Counted from the stretch's first letter, positions 1 through 13,739 are shown. The stretch is DNA of 47,674 nt from Jimgerdemannia flammicorona (GCA_003990765.1 RBNJ01000044.1:1-47674); one strand, 5' to 3'. Notes: generated by a model from the sequence alone, not told the origin. Numbers and translations are program-made.

Positions 1-2164
1 CGAGGGCCTCTTCTAGACCTTCTAGCGCTCTGCCGTGTCCTCCGCAGTCATCGACAAGAACCGAGACTATGTAATTGTCTTGAAAAACTCGTTCCAAGTT
101 ACCATTCCGACGGATCATTGGCGATTTCAGAGAAGCTACCGGTAGGTATATACGCTTCCGATGGGTCAATTTCAGGAATTCATCGACTGGGCCAGTGATG
201 GTCGCGGTGCAGCAGGGAATCAAAAAGATTTTCCCAAGTGCTAGATCTCCGATGGAGCTGAGAGTATAGTAAAACGGCGATGTTTCAGTCCTCCCATCCA
301 AACTGGATTTTAACATATCTTGCAAGCCGTCGACGACCAAGATAACGGTAATCTCCCCCAAGTCTCGTTTCTCGTGTTTTGCGACTATTTTCAAAACGTC
401 CAGCGGTTCTGGTGGTACAAAGTTGCGTGCGATATACCCTATATCTTCGTTTGGCAGAAGCTGCAGAAGCATCCGATTGGCTATGGCTAGATACGGATTG
501 CTTTCATCATGTCTTATGCTGTTGCCGGTTTCGAAGCTAACATTGAATACCCAGGCGCCCGAAAGTCTTGTCCGCAGGGTCGATGCCAGTTCAGAATCGT
601 CGGACGAAAGGGATTCTACTGCTGTTTTGCGAAATTCATTGGCGTTTCGGGATTTCCCAGTGCCGGCTCCAGAGAGGAAAAGATAGGTCGGAATGGTAGA
701 TTTGTCAATATGTGAGTCGTTGAAATTGATGTAGTGTTCCTTGAGCGCCTTTCCCAATATTTCATGCATTTGTTGGTCCGGTTGATATTCCCAATGCACG
801 CCGGAAGATCGGAGAAGATCTTTTGGCTTCTGCATTGGTAAGCCTAGCCAGGCGATAAAAATCTGGTGAGACTCAACGTAACAACAGAGGTGTTCCGGGT
901 GGCGAGAATTGTTGACGACTTACCATTGGGGAATGCATCTTTGATTAACATTTTGGAGTATGCTATAAATGAGGGTTTCAATAGAAATGATAAAGAACCA
1001 GTGGAGAGGTCAAGAACCGAAGCGAAATAAATGCATACACAAAACCAGTATTGAATTATCAAAGCAAATTGCGAAACGAAAAGTTAGTATTGAAAAATAA
1101 AGGAGAATAGCAAAATGAAAGAACAACGAAATACATACCTTGGGGAGCTGCCGATGGTGACCAAGGGCATTTCACGAACAAGGCAAAAGTTATCACGAAA
1201 GAGTAATACATTAGTTTAGGAACGAGTCAAAATGTATGTGATAACATCATAGCGAGGAGTCGTACCTTGCGTAGGGGTATGGAATAAGAAAGGGAATGGA
1301 TCGATGTATGGAAACGAATGAGTAAGTGAGATATATATATGCCGGACGATATGAAAAAGAAAACGGATAGTGATTCCAAAGACAGAATTTACCAAGCAAT
1401 AAAAATGTCGAAATGAAATTCGTACCTTGGAAAATCGCAGGATATGGTTCGGGTAACGTTGAGCCGCACGTTAACGGGTATATGAATGGGAAATAAAGAT
1501 GAGAAGAAATAATGGCCGGATTTTAGACAAAAAGATATAATTATACTAATGGAGATGAAAACTATAGTACCACACAATATCGCAAAAATGCCACACTTCT
1601 GCGGATGAATTAGAGCAGCAACAATGCAATAATAATCAAGAGTACTAGCATACCTTCAATGATACGATCTCCAGTTTGAGGAAATGATGGTTCAGACTGG
1701 GCATCTGTGTGCGGTGGATTGAGCAGTTAGAAATGATGTCTAGTGGTAATTGAAATCATACGAGGCTCTCTACCCTATCCAAAATCAGAATAATACTCGT
1801 ATGTTTTCGATAGAGTCTGATACTTACTAGTGAACACCAAAGGCATCACAACAACAATGTGCAGGTGCTTTGATGCAGGGCCTTCAGGAAAGATCTCTTG
1901 AATTTCGTCAAAGGGTGACAGCTCGATTCCGTAGTCTTTTATATCAAAGTTGGAGGTGAGCGTGGCAAGGTCGTCCTTCGAAATGTTGACGCTCCAGAGT
2001 GTGAGCTCGTCAGCTTCAATGTTACCCAACTTTTGTGCCTTCTCTGCCTTCACCAACTTCTTAAGGTCGCCGACCGTGTCAGTTTTGGTAACTTGAACAG
2101 TGAAGGTACGGCGAGGGTCATCACCACAGACAAGACAGAAGAGCTTTATAGTAGTTGTTGTCAT
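1..2164 (-). CDS. Crinkler (CRN)-family protein: ubiquitin-like CRN N-terminal domain plus P-loop NTPase; 3' end lies beyond the window
   Basis: Exon 2164-1828 reads KLFCLVCGD...VGDLKKLVK...LTLWSV...HLHIVV, the CRN header. Frame-preserving phase-1 exons follow at 1704-1654 (51 nt), 1147-1139 (9 nt) and 962-924 (39 nt). Exon 843-1 is open and contains Walker A LSGAGTGKS and Walker B ILVVDG. Confidence 0.9.
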
Positions 2165-2429
2165 TGTAGATGAGGTCTATAAAACACGTTGATAAAGTTG
2201 TAATAATGAGTCAGAAGCCCCCAAAGATCAAAGAGGAAGTATAGGGAGTGTAGAAAGAAAGTAATATACTTGGATTATGTATAAAGATGCTCGGTTGGCT
2301 TGGGTTGTCTGGCTGTCACATTTATCACGTGTGACTTGTGGATGAAGACGCCAGCCAATATTTTTTGGATTATTTCGCCTCAGGCGAGTCATAAATTTGG
2401 GGGCCTATTGTGGTTCTCATGTACTAGCG

Positions 2430-5040
2430 TACCATATCATCTATAAACATCATAAACTTTTTAATATATGGAAAAATTTATATTTAAAATTAATTCTGTA
2501 GAATAATTCTCAGCTTGATTTACTACAACTTGACAGAATTAGAATTTGTATAATTTTTTTTCATAACTCTTTGTAACTTTAAAAAAAAAGAATTTATATT
2601 AAATTTGGTATAAGTTACATATTTAAAAGAAATTCACCATATAATATTATATATTATTATTGATCTAATTATTATTATAAGTATTATCTTAATTAAATAT
2701 TAATAAGTATATAACTATTTTAATATTATATCAATAGATATAATATTTGATAATAGTTATACTATTTAGTATAGTTTATATATTTGATAACCTATATTTT
2801 ATAACAAACCTAATTAATTATTATTAATAGGATATTAAAGTCAGATTATTAGAATATTAAGAAAAAATATTATAAAAATATTCTGCTGATATATATTCAA
2901 ATTTGGATTTTTTCATATAATATCTAATTCTCATAATAATCTACTATAATGATTTACACTTATATATAACTTATATATTTGCTAAGCTTTACTGTTTTTA
3001 AGAAATTTATTATATAATACATTTAAATAATATAATTTTTTCTATTAATAAATAGAATATATAGATCTCTTATTTATATTTATACTAATAATAATTAAAA
3101 TTATATTTTTATAATAATATTTATAATTATAATAAAGACTACTTTTATTACTTAATCTCTATACTTAGTATCTCTATATTATTAGACTAAACTTATTATC
3201 TTTTTAATATAATATATATATATTTCTTTAAAAGATTTTTATTTTATTTTATTAATAGACTCTAAGTTTTATAAATTTTTATTAAAAGAGAACCTAGACT
3301 ATATAGGTCAGAACCCACTTCAATCTCTCTCTGAACACTATACTACTATTAATCTAGACTTGCTATTATACAACAGAGCTAAATAACCTATATCTCATTT
3401 TGCATACTATACTCTTCCTACTAATAACAGAAAAATAACTATATACTAATAACCAAAAATATATATCTAAAATCTCAATATATACATATATAAAACTATA
3501 TCAGAGCTAAATAATAAGCTCCCACTATCTCAAATAGAGTAATAGATAAAGAAAAAACTCTCTAAAAGATACAAAATAGTATATAGAACCTAGTTCTTAC
3601 TAATAGAGTAAGTGAAGAACTTATATATAAGGTGAGAGAAAACTCCTAATACCTCACTACCCAAGTCTGTAAGTCTTGATCATATAACTATATCAGTTCT
3701 TAATTTTAGTTAAATATAGTCTAAATATGTGATCTGAGTAGCCTCAGATTCTTTAATAATTCCAAATAATCAGAACCCAAACCTATATATTATTAAGAGT
3801 TGCTAAGAGTAATATCTATTATCTAACTACACTATATAAATCAGAAGGCTCTACTGATATAGTATCTATCCTAGCCCTGATAACTATCACCTATCTGATA
3901 TCTGACAGGTCTACTATAATTCTCCTTATACTTACTATGATGACTATTTTCTCTTCTATTTTAATACTATCTAAAAAACAAATACCTATACTTTAACCAT
4001 ACTTATACAGAAGCTTGCTAAAGCTCAGAGAGCTCTACTATAGATACTATAGATTTAGAGATAATCTATATTAATACTTAATATCCAAGATTAGCTAACT
4101 CTCTATATAGTCTATAATATATCAAAATAATATCTTATTAGTAATAACAAAAGAAAGAGATACTATACTAAAAACAGATATACTTCTGAAATAGCTAGAG
4201 GTACCAGAAACTGTAAAAAAGTAGAGAAAGTTCTAATTCAATATAAATAAAGAGATAACTTATTATCTCTCTTTTACTACTCTATTTTCTTTTGTCTTTC
4301 TTGGGCCTTAATTATCTGAGATTGGGCTCAATTATAAAATTATTCTGTCTTTTTGAAAAGGTCTCCAAGGTTCTCATAATTAGCAGTTTTGGCTTTTCTG
4401 GTAAATATTATCTTAAATGCCTTTTTTTTAGTTGAGGTAATAGATATGTTCAAAATTTCTTATAGGATAATAGGTATAGCAAACTAACCTAAGATAGAGG
4501 GAGTATAAGTTGTAGAAAGAGAACTCAGAAGGTCACTTACCAAAACCTTATGACTGGTATGATAGTAGAGAAAGGAGTTATTCTTCAAAAGTTCTTTATT
4601 AGTTATTAAGTCTAACTAATAATTTTTATAGTAAAAAGAAATTAATTTATTAAAGTTATAAAATTGTATTATTGATGAAAATAATGTAATTCATCTCAAG
4701 AAAATGAAGTATAAAGTCACATACTTATATATTGAGTTACTCTTTCAATAAATTATTTTTTAATTTTTTTTTAAATACATTTTTTTTCATTAATATAAAA
4801 TTCTAAAAATATAAAATAATTAGGAGATTATATAGAGGTATGCAGGAGATAGAATTGGCTCTAAATTAGAATATAATAATACAGAAAAATTGCACTAGAG
4901 TCAGTGGGATCAGTAGTAGAAGATAGCTATATGGGGAAGTATACTAATGGGGTTTTTAAAAGATTCTAATTATATAGCCATTAACAGCTATAATGCTGTA
5001 CTGAAATTCCTTGAATACAATGATACTAGGGGAATGCATG
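2430..5040. mobile_element. AT-rich, CpG-free degenerate repeat block between divergent CRN genes
   Basis: Abrupt composition shift, essentially no CG, TA-rich, no ORFs. Family not recognisable. Confidence 0.55.
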
Positions 5041-5274
5041 GATTATTTCTGCCAAGAACGTAGAGTATGACAAATTTGCCCACAGCAAAAATGGGGGCCG
5101 TGATGACCCATTTCTGTGACTGCCCACGACTGTTGACGGATCGTCCTTTGATGTTCCTTCACAAACGCCAGGCTGAATCATTAAGTAAGGCCCTGATCTC
5201 TTTTCATTTTCAACTTCACACTCTGACCTTGGTTATTCTTTCGCTCATTCTCTGTCCGTTTTTTAGAATTCAAA

Positions 5275-5619
5275 ATGGTCGACACTGTTACCCTCACTTG
5301 TTACATTCCCAGCACGCGGTCCATCTTTGACGTCATCATTGAGAAGGTGCACTCCGTTGCAAATCAAGCACCATCTATGGAAAAGGAAGGCATCGACATT
5401 CCCCGACACTGACCCAGATGATCTCCAAATCTGGCGTGTGAATATTTCTTGCGATTCTAGCAATGCCATCTTCGCCGCTCTTCAGCGCGAATACAGACCA
5501 GACATCAAGTTGCTTGGAGGTGAGGAATTACATCCAACGCAGAAATTATTGGAGGTGTTTTTCAATGTCCCCCAAGAAGGAAGACATATTCATGTGATTG
5601 TGGTGGCTCCTGGTACGTC

Positions 5620-5671
<52 letters not shown>

Positions 5672-7780
5672 CGTTACTTTATTAGATTGCGATTAGATTT
5701 GCTTTTTATTTCTACCTTCGCGTGTCCTTTCTTCGGGAACTCGATTAGCACTCTTATCTGTTTCTCTCTGTAACCGTGCTTTCGCTGCTTTGATTCTTCT
5801 TAACTATCAACACATCAAGGTACGTGCATACTCTAATTAGGGTTGGGAAGAAATGAACTGCAAAGTTGTGGTGGAGAGGATATACAAAGTCCATAGAACT
5901 AGGGTTTCCAAAGACTTTCGTATTCCGTGTCTATGTATGTACCTATTTTTACTTAAGCTTTATATTTTATTTCTTATATTTTATTTCACATTCCACATGG
6001 ACTCTGCCGTATTCGGTTTATTAGTGCTGTGGTACCGGTGGGAGAACCTAAAGGAACCTGGGACATTATCGACCAAATTGTTGACTAAATGCGTCAATTT
6101 GGGAGGCCTTGCCGTTGAACTTTCTCACAGTCACCCGGACGCCAAAAACCTTAGTCCATTTGGGATCTCCTTTGTTGAAAGTGATGATCTCTGCCGCACC
6201 AAAATCCTTCGCAGGGGCATTCCCCTTCGTGAGCTGAAAACATCTGACGAATCTCCTCTCATCATTCGTTTTCCATTCTCGGGGCGTTCCGGTGAGTCAA
6301 GTTATTTCTCTCTCTCTGATAGTGCCAGTAACCTAAACAACGTGGTTTTGATTTTTATATGCTTATGTAATTAAGCCATTGCTTATTCGACTTTGTCCTA
6401 CCTTGTAGTACGTGTGAACCTCAAATTTCTCAACGTTCCCGTTGAGATAATTCTTGTCCACTCTACCGGGACGTGGCATATGCTTTTGGATGGCACCAAG
6501 AAGAAATATCCGATGTTGGAATAGGCCGAGAATGAAATGTACTATGTTGACGCAAAGAAAAATATTATTGAAAATGATTTTACTTTCAACAACTATTTGA
6601 AGAATGCTCCCTTGAGCGATCAAGATGAAATTGTTCTCACTTTTATTGTTCGAATCAAAGGTGCCATTTTTTTTTCTTTTTTTTTCGAATTTGTAAAAAA
6701 TGTTGCTGTACTGTTATGGAATTTTTACACTTCTCTTACATACTATTTCTTAACGCTCTTCGGATAGGCAAGAGAGCTTACGGCGAGTGGGACGCAAACG
6801 ATGTGATCCGGGAGATCTTGCACCAACAATATACGAACATCACCTTATTGCCTGAATTCGACATAGGTAATGTTTTCAAGTCATGGTCTTCCCATTTTTA
6901 TGAATCAGCATTGTTACTGCGTTACTGCATTTTTATTAATTGATCGGGATCTTTTCTCGTAGAGGACGCCTTGGAGAACGAAGACGAGATCACCGACGAT
7001 GATAAGCGGACTTTCGTCACTGCCCTCAACGAAATTACAAAAGCATTCCATAATTTGGTAACCAGCAACGAAGCTACAGCGCGGAATTACATAAACCCTT
7101 TTATGATCAAGGCAGTTGCTATTGCCCAACGTAAACATCCTTCGGCCCGTCTCGCAGTAAAAGAGGACTTCGATGGAAGTCGCGGCTTTGGTCATCTAGA
7201 CTATGCGATATTTCTGGTCGCATTTGCGGTTCTTGTGACGGAAGCCAAAATGACCGAAGTTAATAAGGGAATAACACAAAATCTTGTACAACTTCATTCT
7301 GCGGCAGAGGTATGCAACATTGTTGCTTTTAGACAGGTTCTACTTTATTTCTCCCTATTCAAGGCTCATTAAGGCTTTTCAATTTAATTACATATTTCCC
7401 AGAATATTCGCAAGCGTAAGCGTAAAGAGTCACATCACCCCACCGATTATCTCGTCAATGTGTATGGGATAGTCACGACTGGATTGGAGTGGCGATTCAT
7501 ACACTGGTCGGACACACTGGAATCCCCGAAGGTGGTTATTTCCAAACCTTACAGGTGTACATTTAACCGAGAAGGCATGGAGGATGCCGAGAAGGTGCTC
7601 TCTATCATAATCCGCATTATTCATTCGCAAGCCATTGTCGTGGAATCGCAAATCGGAAGCAGCAAAGGAATATATGAAGAGGCAATGAAAAAAGACAATG
7701 TCCTAAGACCATCTCGACGCCAACGCTCTGACAAGGACGACGAGGAAATCGTAGAACCTGAACAAAGTCTTTTTGAGTGA
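5275..7780 (+). pseudogene. Crinkler (CRN)-family gene with PD-(D/E)xK restriction-endonuclease-like C-terminus; disrupted
   Basis: Exons 5275-5612, 6025-6291, 6409-6660, 6768-6866, 6963-7309, 7403-7780, all GT-AG. Header ...LQIWRV...HIHVIVVAP; C-terminus GHLDYAI...LVTEAK...QNLVQL...YGIVTTGLEWRF. One-base frameshift near 5358 and in-frame TAG at 6522-6524. Confidence 0.85.
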
Positions 7781-8959
7781 TACAGCATGGACGGAGGATT
7801 GTTTTGTGAAAATGTTTGAAGTTGTCTCCTCTTCCCATCGTTTTGCTTGCGAATAGTTTTGTAATTGTATTTCAAATTGTCATTCTATGTTATGTCAATG
7901 GAAGAAAGTCATCTCAGAATGTCGTGTTTTAGTTTGAATTATGACATCTTTCTCAATAACTTGCTCTTCCGGAGTAGTCGAAAATGGATACTGAGGTGGT
8001 TTTCAAATACAGAAAGATGCATAGTTGGCGAAAATAAATTGTTTCATTAGTAATTGGCTTTGATTTTGAGAAGATTTTTTTTACAATAACACTATTTACA
8101 TATATACACCTAAAGAGCATCAACTTGTTCACCTATTTTAATAATATCCAAATAATCTAGTACTCCGTTTTTATAATATTAAAAACACTATTTATAAGTA
8201 TCTATATTTAACTAATTCTATCTGAAATTTCAACCCTTCAACTTATGAATAAAGTTAAAGTAGACAATCTGCAACTATATTAATTATATTGATATTCTTA
8301 CAAATGAGGTAAATTTATCTACTGTAATTGAGACTGGAGTTATAAAAATAAAGATAAGATCCTGACTCTTATAAGAGATCAATATTATTATTACTGCTTA
8401 TATATATAAAAGCAATAGACTTATAGAGTACTAATATAAAATAATAAGTCTCATCAATAAGAATTTAATCTAGAAGATAGTACTAATAATAATGAAAAAG
8501 ACTTCTATAGCTCATATAGACAAAGTAGAATAAAGAATAAATAAGATCCAAAAATAAGTCAATAAATACTAGAGTATGATCAATAGAGGTTTGATAGTTA
8601 TTGTAATTATTATAAAAAGTATAAATAATAATTATTATAAAGATAAAAAGAGTAGTAAAAATTATTATGAATAAGAGAATAATAAAGACAGTATATGTAG
8701 TAATATAAATAGTACTGAAACTGATAAAAGTAGTAATCTATTCTTTACTTAAGCAATAAATGTTAGTGATGATATTTTCTAATTAATAAAAATTACATTA
8801 GTATAAGATCTATTACTAGATCTATAAGTAGTTTTATCATTGATTTTACTAATAATCTAATACTTAGAGCTAGTTATAAAATACTTTTGAACTTATAAAA
8901 AGTGACAACTTCAATAATATATAAAATAGCTTAATATACTCTATACATATATAATTATA

Positions 8960-9142
8960 ATTTTTATATCTTTAATACTTAATCTTCCTTGACTTTTTAG
9001 AGTTCTTGAATATTAGAGTGGGTGAGTTTGAAGTATATCTGCCTGCAGGCTTACTAGTTCTCTTGTCTCTTTACTTTGAACTATTTCAATCTGAGATTTA
9101 TTTTCTCTGGATACTAGAAATATTTATATAAGTTTGCTAGCA
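8960..9142 (-). mobile_element. LTR fragment related to the Gypsy LTRs at 23619 and 29870
   Basis: Reverse complement reads ctagcaaacttatataaata...ctcagattgaaatagttc...gaactagtaagcctgcaggcagatatacttcaaactcacccac, matching the R/U5 half of those LTRs. Confidence 0.85.
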
Positions 9143-9516
9143 AGAATTCTTTAAGAAAGTATAGGTGTTCTTTGAAATTTATTGAATAGATATTGAAGTT
9201 ATTGATGTATATAATTAGACAGTAGTAGATTAGTGGACTATAGACTTAGTTCATCATTCTCTAAAAGATTGGAGATATATTACAGAGTCTAAATAGTAAT
9301 TTAAAGATATTTAAATAATTTTTCTAGAGTATAGAAAACTGTTTTCTGAATATCTTTTAAATCCATAGAGATCTCATAGAATCCTGCAAAAAGATACTTA
9401 TTGCTGAAATATCTGATATCTTATAATTAGTCTAGGATATCATCAATTCTGGACAAAGAGTAGATATCTTTTTCTATTATTAAGTAGAGCTTTCTGTAGT
9501 CTATATAGAGTCTCTA

Positions 9517-9548
<32 letters not shown>

Positions 9549-10190
9549 GTCACTTAGACTTCACCATTTATTACCAGTCTATCAGATATAAATACAGTAC
9601 TCTCTTCCACTACCTACCCCCCTAGGGTCCCCTCCCCCCTCTACCTCCTTGTGATGAAAGACTACTTTGTTAGACACCAGCACTACTCATCCATCACTCT
9701 GTTTATAAATCTCTTCTACCAGTCAGTGATGTCACCCACCCTGAGGACTCCAACCAATCTACCACCCAGTCAGCAAATTACTCAACAACCCCTTCTATCT
9801 TAATAACTTCTCTTAGACACCCATCTGGTGTCTCTTCTCAAAAACGAAGAGCCAATGTCTAGCCAGCCCTACCTATACTACCAAAACCCACCCTATAGTA
9901 AGCCAATCATTGCCAACACCCCCCACTAAATAAGATTTCAAATTCTCCCAACAACCTCTCTCTCCATCCAGCCTCCTCACTACACTCAGCCAGTTCTCTA
10001 CTGCTATATAAAAGTTCCTAAGAACTTTACACTCTCCTAGCCAATGTTCTGGCATTTGCACAAATCTCCCAAATTGCCCTATATTATAACACTCCTCACA
10101 ATCAAATTGGCCACCATCCATCAGATATCCAGTATAGAAATTTAGCATAATATTCCTCCTCAGCTATTTCAATCTCTCTTATATATATAT
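9517..10190 (-). mobile_element. 5'-truncated L1/Tx1-like LINE 3' end with poly(A) tail
   Basis: Poly(T) on the plus strand, AATAAA on the minus strand, and a C-terminal CCHC motif (CEEC-x12-H-x4-C) in ORF 9873-10148. Homologous to 21195-21990. Confidence 0.8.
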
Positions 10191-11143
10191 ATTCTTAAAT
10201 AACTTAGATAATAAGATATTACTTAGAAACTTATTATATATATATATAAATATCCTCTATACTGAGTATATTATAACCTCAGCTCTACTTTCTCTAACTA
10301 TAAGAATAAAGCAGTATTCTTATTAAAAAAAACCCTCAAATCTGACTTATTAATAATTTTAAACCTGATCAACTTGAGATACAAGTATGGTATCTTTCCC
10401 AGTATAAGAATCTGAAAGCAATATCTAGACTATACTATTGCAACAGACAATTGAAACTTAGTAATTTCTCATAAGAACTCAGAACTTAGAACTGATAATT
10501 ATCTCAATTACATATCTACAATATATTAATTCTATCAGTATATAGTTTTATTACAATTATAAAACTAATAAATTATTTTAAAAAGATAGATAAGATATAT
10601 TAATTATAAAATTAATAAAATTATTAAGTTTCATAAGCTAAAATTATATTAATTTATTAATAATATATTTAAATTAGTAATTATCAATAAATGGTTTATA
10701 CATATATCTTATTTTTATCTCTTAAAAATTTATTAATATCTGAATTAAATTGTAGACAGAATTTGATGCAATTTACATTTAATCTCTGAAACTGTATTAT
10801 GTGCTTTATGATATATGTGTAATGCTCTTGGCTGATGTCTGTGTTTTTTTTTTTTTTTTTTTTTTAAGATTGCCATTGCCACTGTTCTATTTTCGGTTTT
10901 GATTTGCAAATTTCACCCATGCGAAAAGTCAAAAATTTGTCTATCATAATTTTACTAGAACTACCAATTTGTAGCGGCATCGGAAATGAGTTAAATTATC
11001 GACAAATCGTGGTATAGTTAATAGAAAAGAGAGGACAACCCCATAGGGACTAATAAGTATAAGAAACAGAGCGAAAGTTTGTTGACGTCAACTGCTTTGC
11101 TATGTGCAACAAGTGCACACATTATGTAAAACATTATCGTAAC

Positions 11144-12128
11144 CTACAAATACGTTCGTATTCTGCGAAGCAACTGTAGGGCGGTTTGACTCGCTGATGG
11201 ATTTGGTGTGTGCGGTCGTGGGATGCCATTGACATCCAAAGTGATGGTAGGTATTGTATCGGGATCTTGTGAGGATTCGCCCTCCACGTGCGTGTGATCC
11301 TGCCTTGCGGCGGACTTGTGGTCGTCAGCGCGATTTGGATGGCTGACGTTGTGCCGAAGGTGTGAGCAATCCCATTTGCAAATAGGACAGAGAGTCGATT
11401 TGGTTGTAAGCCATAGATCTGCGGAAAGATGAACGATGTTTATTTCCGGTTTAGTACGGATTGAGAACCAGTTAATGAGCCGAAAAGTTTTGCTTACCAA
11501 TGCACTTGACATGGAACCCATGATCACATGGCAGCACGCGGATCCTTTCCGTTTCTTTTAAAATAGCTGGCGGCGATATGACTACTATTTGAGAGGGTTG
11601 AGGGTCGACAGTGGCCCCTTTCCCTTGTTCCTCATTCATATCTGAGCCAACACTAAAATCCTCCAAGCAAATGGCACAACCTTCACTCTTCACCACGTTG
11701 GGATCGTATATTGCAGCGGGGAAATGGTCCTGCAGAACCGAAATTTGCAGAACGACGATCTCTTGGAGCGGGAAACCACCTGGTCCCAAGTTGGAATTGA
11801 TCGGGGAAAAGATTCCATTTCGTATAGGTCGTCTTGAAGACCAGTTGAGCGGGTTGCAACCGTACATGCGGGAGAAGAAGCAGAATAGTAATACTTTGGT
11901 ACATATACGGGAGAAGCGGGCATGGACATGAAGATGAGGTTATCCGAAGGGAAGTAATTCACAGATGTCTGCACAGTTTCACCGAAAAAAAGATGGCATA
12001 CATGCTAGTACGAGCGGCAGAAACATTACCACCAAGGCTAATATCTGACCAGCTCCGAAGCTCGAAGCTGTGGCTAAAACATCATTGGTGGGCTGCGAAG
12101 AACTGGCAGCGGTAATGGACATTGACAT
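11144..12128 (-). CDS. Transmembrane RING-H2 E3 ubiquitin ligase-like gene; N-terminal frames disrupted, possibly a pseudogene
   Basis: CAICLEDF...RVLPCDHGFHVKCI, intron 11497-11419, then DLWLTTKSTLCPICK. The hydrophobic segment ILALVVMFLPLVLA lies upstream and is separated by a stop at 11979 and frame changes. Confidence 0.75.
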
Positions 12129-13739
12129 AGTTACGGATGTGATGGAGAAGATGGATTCTGGGAGGTTTGATCCTGGTTGGTAGATTGAAGCGAGGTGGGC
12201 TAATGAGCCATTATAATCCTGTGCAAAATGTGTCGACAAACATTAATGATAAGATGGCGGGAACAAAGCTGAAAGTGCGAGCAAGCCGCAATGTCACCAA
12301 TGTCACAGAAGTAATACCCAGATCACATGATTTGCGTCCCTGAGGTTTATCACGTGTAGGAATACATGGTCATCCACTGACATCATCAGCCATTCTATCA
12401 ATTCCGTGACAGTCTGTGACAGCTTCCCCCCAAAAAAAATGTCGTCCAACAAAATAGTAATTATATTTCAAAAGTAACATAAAAATATAACACTAAATAA
12501 CTAAGTTCCATATATTGTAGAAAAGGTGAAGCCTCGCGAGGGTTAAGGCCGGAACGTCCCTGGGGTTGTTGGGTTTTGTACTAACGCTCTCCAAGACATT
12601 TTCAGAAAAAAAAAAAAAAAAAAAAAAAACGAAATACGATACGGAGAGGTCGTGATCGGGGAATGGAAAAACGTGCGAGTTTCGACGCGTGACGTCAATT
12701 ATTTACTGACACATTATTAGTATGTGATATTGAGTCGGAATTCGTAAAAATTGTCACCTGTGCGGACAATTTGTCCAGCGGCGAAGTTGAGGGTATCTGC
12801 CAAATGCATCAACCAATGTCTTCTTTCCACTTTACTTGGATAAATGAATTTATGCGAGACGACTAAAAAATAGGAGGTACAAAAGAGTAGTCAAAGCTAT
12901 ATGTAAGCCACACTATAGAAAACGAATCACCGTTTCTGACGATCGAAGGCATTCTGCTATTTGCGCGAGTGCATGATCTAGTTTTATTACAGGTTCTGCC
13001 AGACACCGTTCTCAAGGTCGGGCCCCACCCGAACAAGTGTGGTACAATGCGGGCCTTGCTTCTCGGGTTCCTTCTTGCGGATGAATCCATGTCGGCACGA
13101 CTTTGGGAAGGAGCGTCGACCTTCCTCGTTTGGACAACGCGTCGTCAGCGTGACCTCTCCAGCGGATTGATTAGGCTTCCTGCGCGCACCTGCAGCCGAT
13201 TTCGGGGTAGGTCGTGCTGACTATAAAATAATGGGCCAAACAATGCATATAACTATATAACTATGTGGTTGTGCGTGGTTGTGATTCCAAATCTCACGGC
13301 AGAGTTGGCGGCTAAGGAAAATGTGAATAATGCGGGCAATGAATTCGCGCATGTGAAACAAACGTTTTTGCCAAATATAAGATGGATTATAAAGATGGAT
13401 TCTTTAAGACTCGATCGTTTTGTGAGCCAATTTATCCCAAGGAACAACAGCAGGTCTAAAGGAAGCTGTTGTGTGTGTGAGAATGACAGTAGTGTGTAAC
13501 TGCGGGGGGGGATGGCTTAGCTGAGCAGTTGGGAGGAGAAAAGTCACACGCCGGATGGGGGGGTGGGGGGAAGGGAAATTTCTTGACCAGGCAGAAATAA
13601 TGACAACAGAATCAAGTCGTTTGTACGCACAAGCGGTTGATTGAACGGGTGCGGGGATAACAAGATGCTGTAAATGGGTAAGCGGGACGAGATGCCGAGG
13701 TGTTTGGACGGCGTCACCTGGTTAATGAGGGGGTGAGTG

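Larger units (their letters stand above)
8060..10800. mobile_element. AT-rich nested transposon relic block
   Basis: CpG-free and TA-rich. Contains the LTR fragment and LINE 3' end listed separately. Confidence 0.65.

Noticed and set aside
5613-5773. Poly-phenylalanine extension of ORF 5327-5773
   Set aside because: Read-through into an intron; the donor GTACGT is at 5613.
6522-6524. In-frame stops as evidence of an alternative genetic code or readthrough
   Set aside because: All three stop types occur, they accompany frameshifts, they match C-to-T changes, and intact genes end normally.
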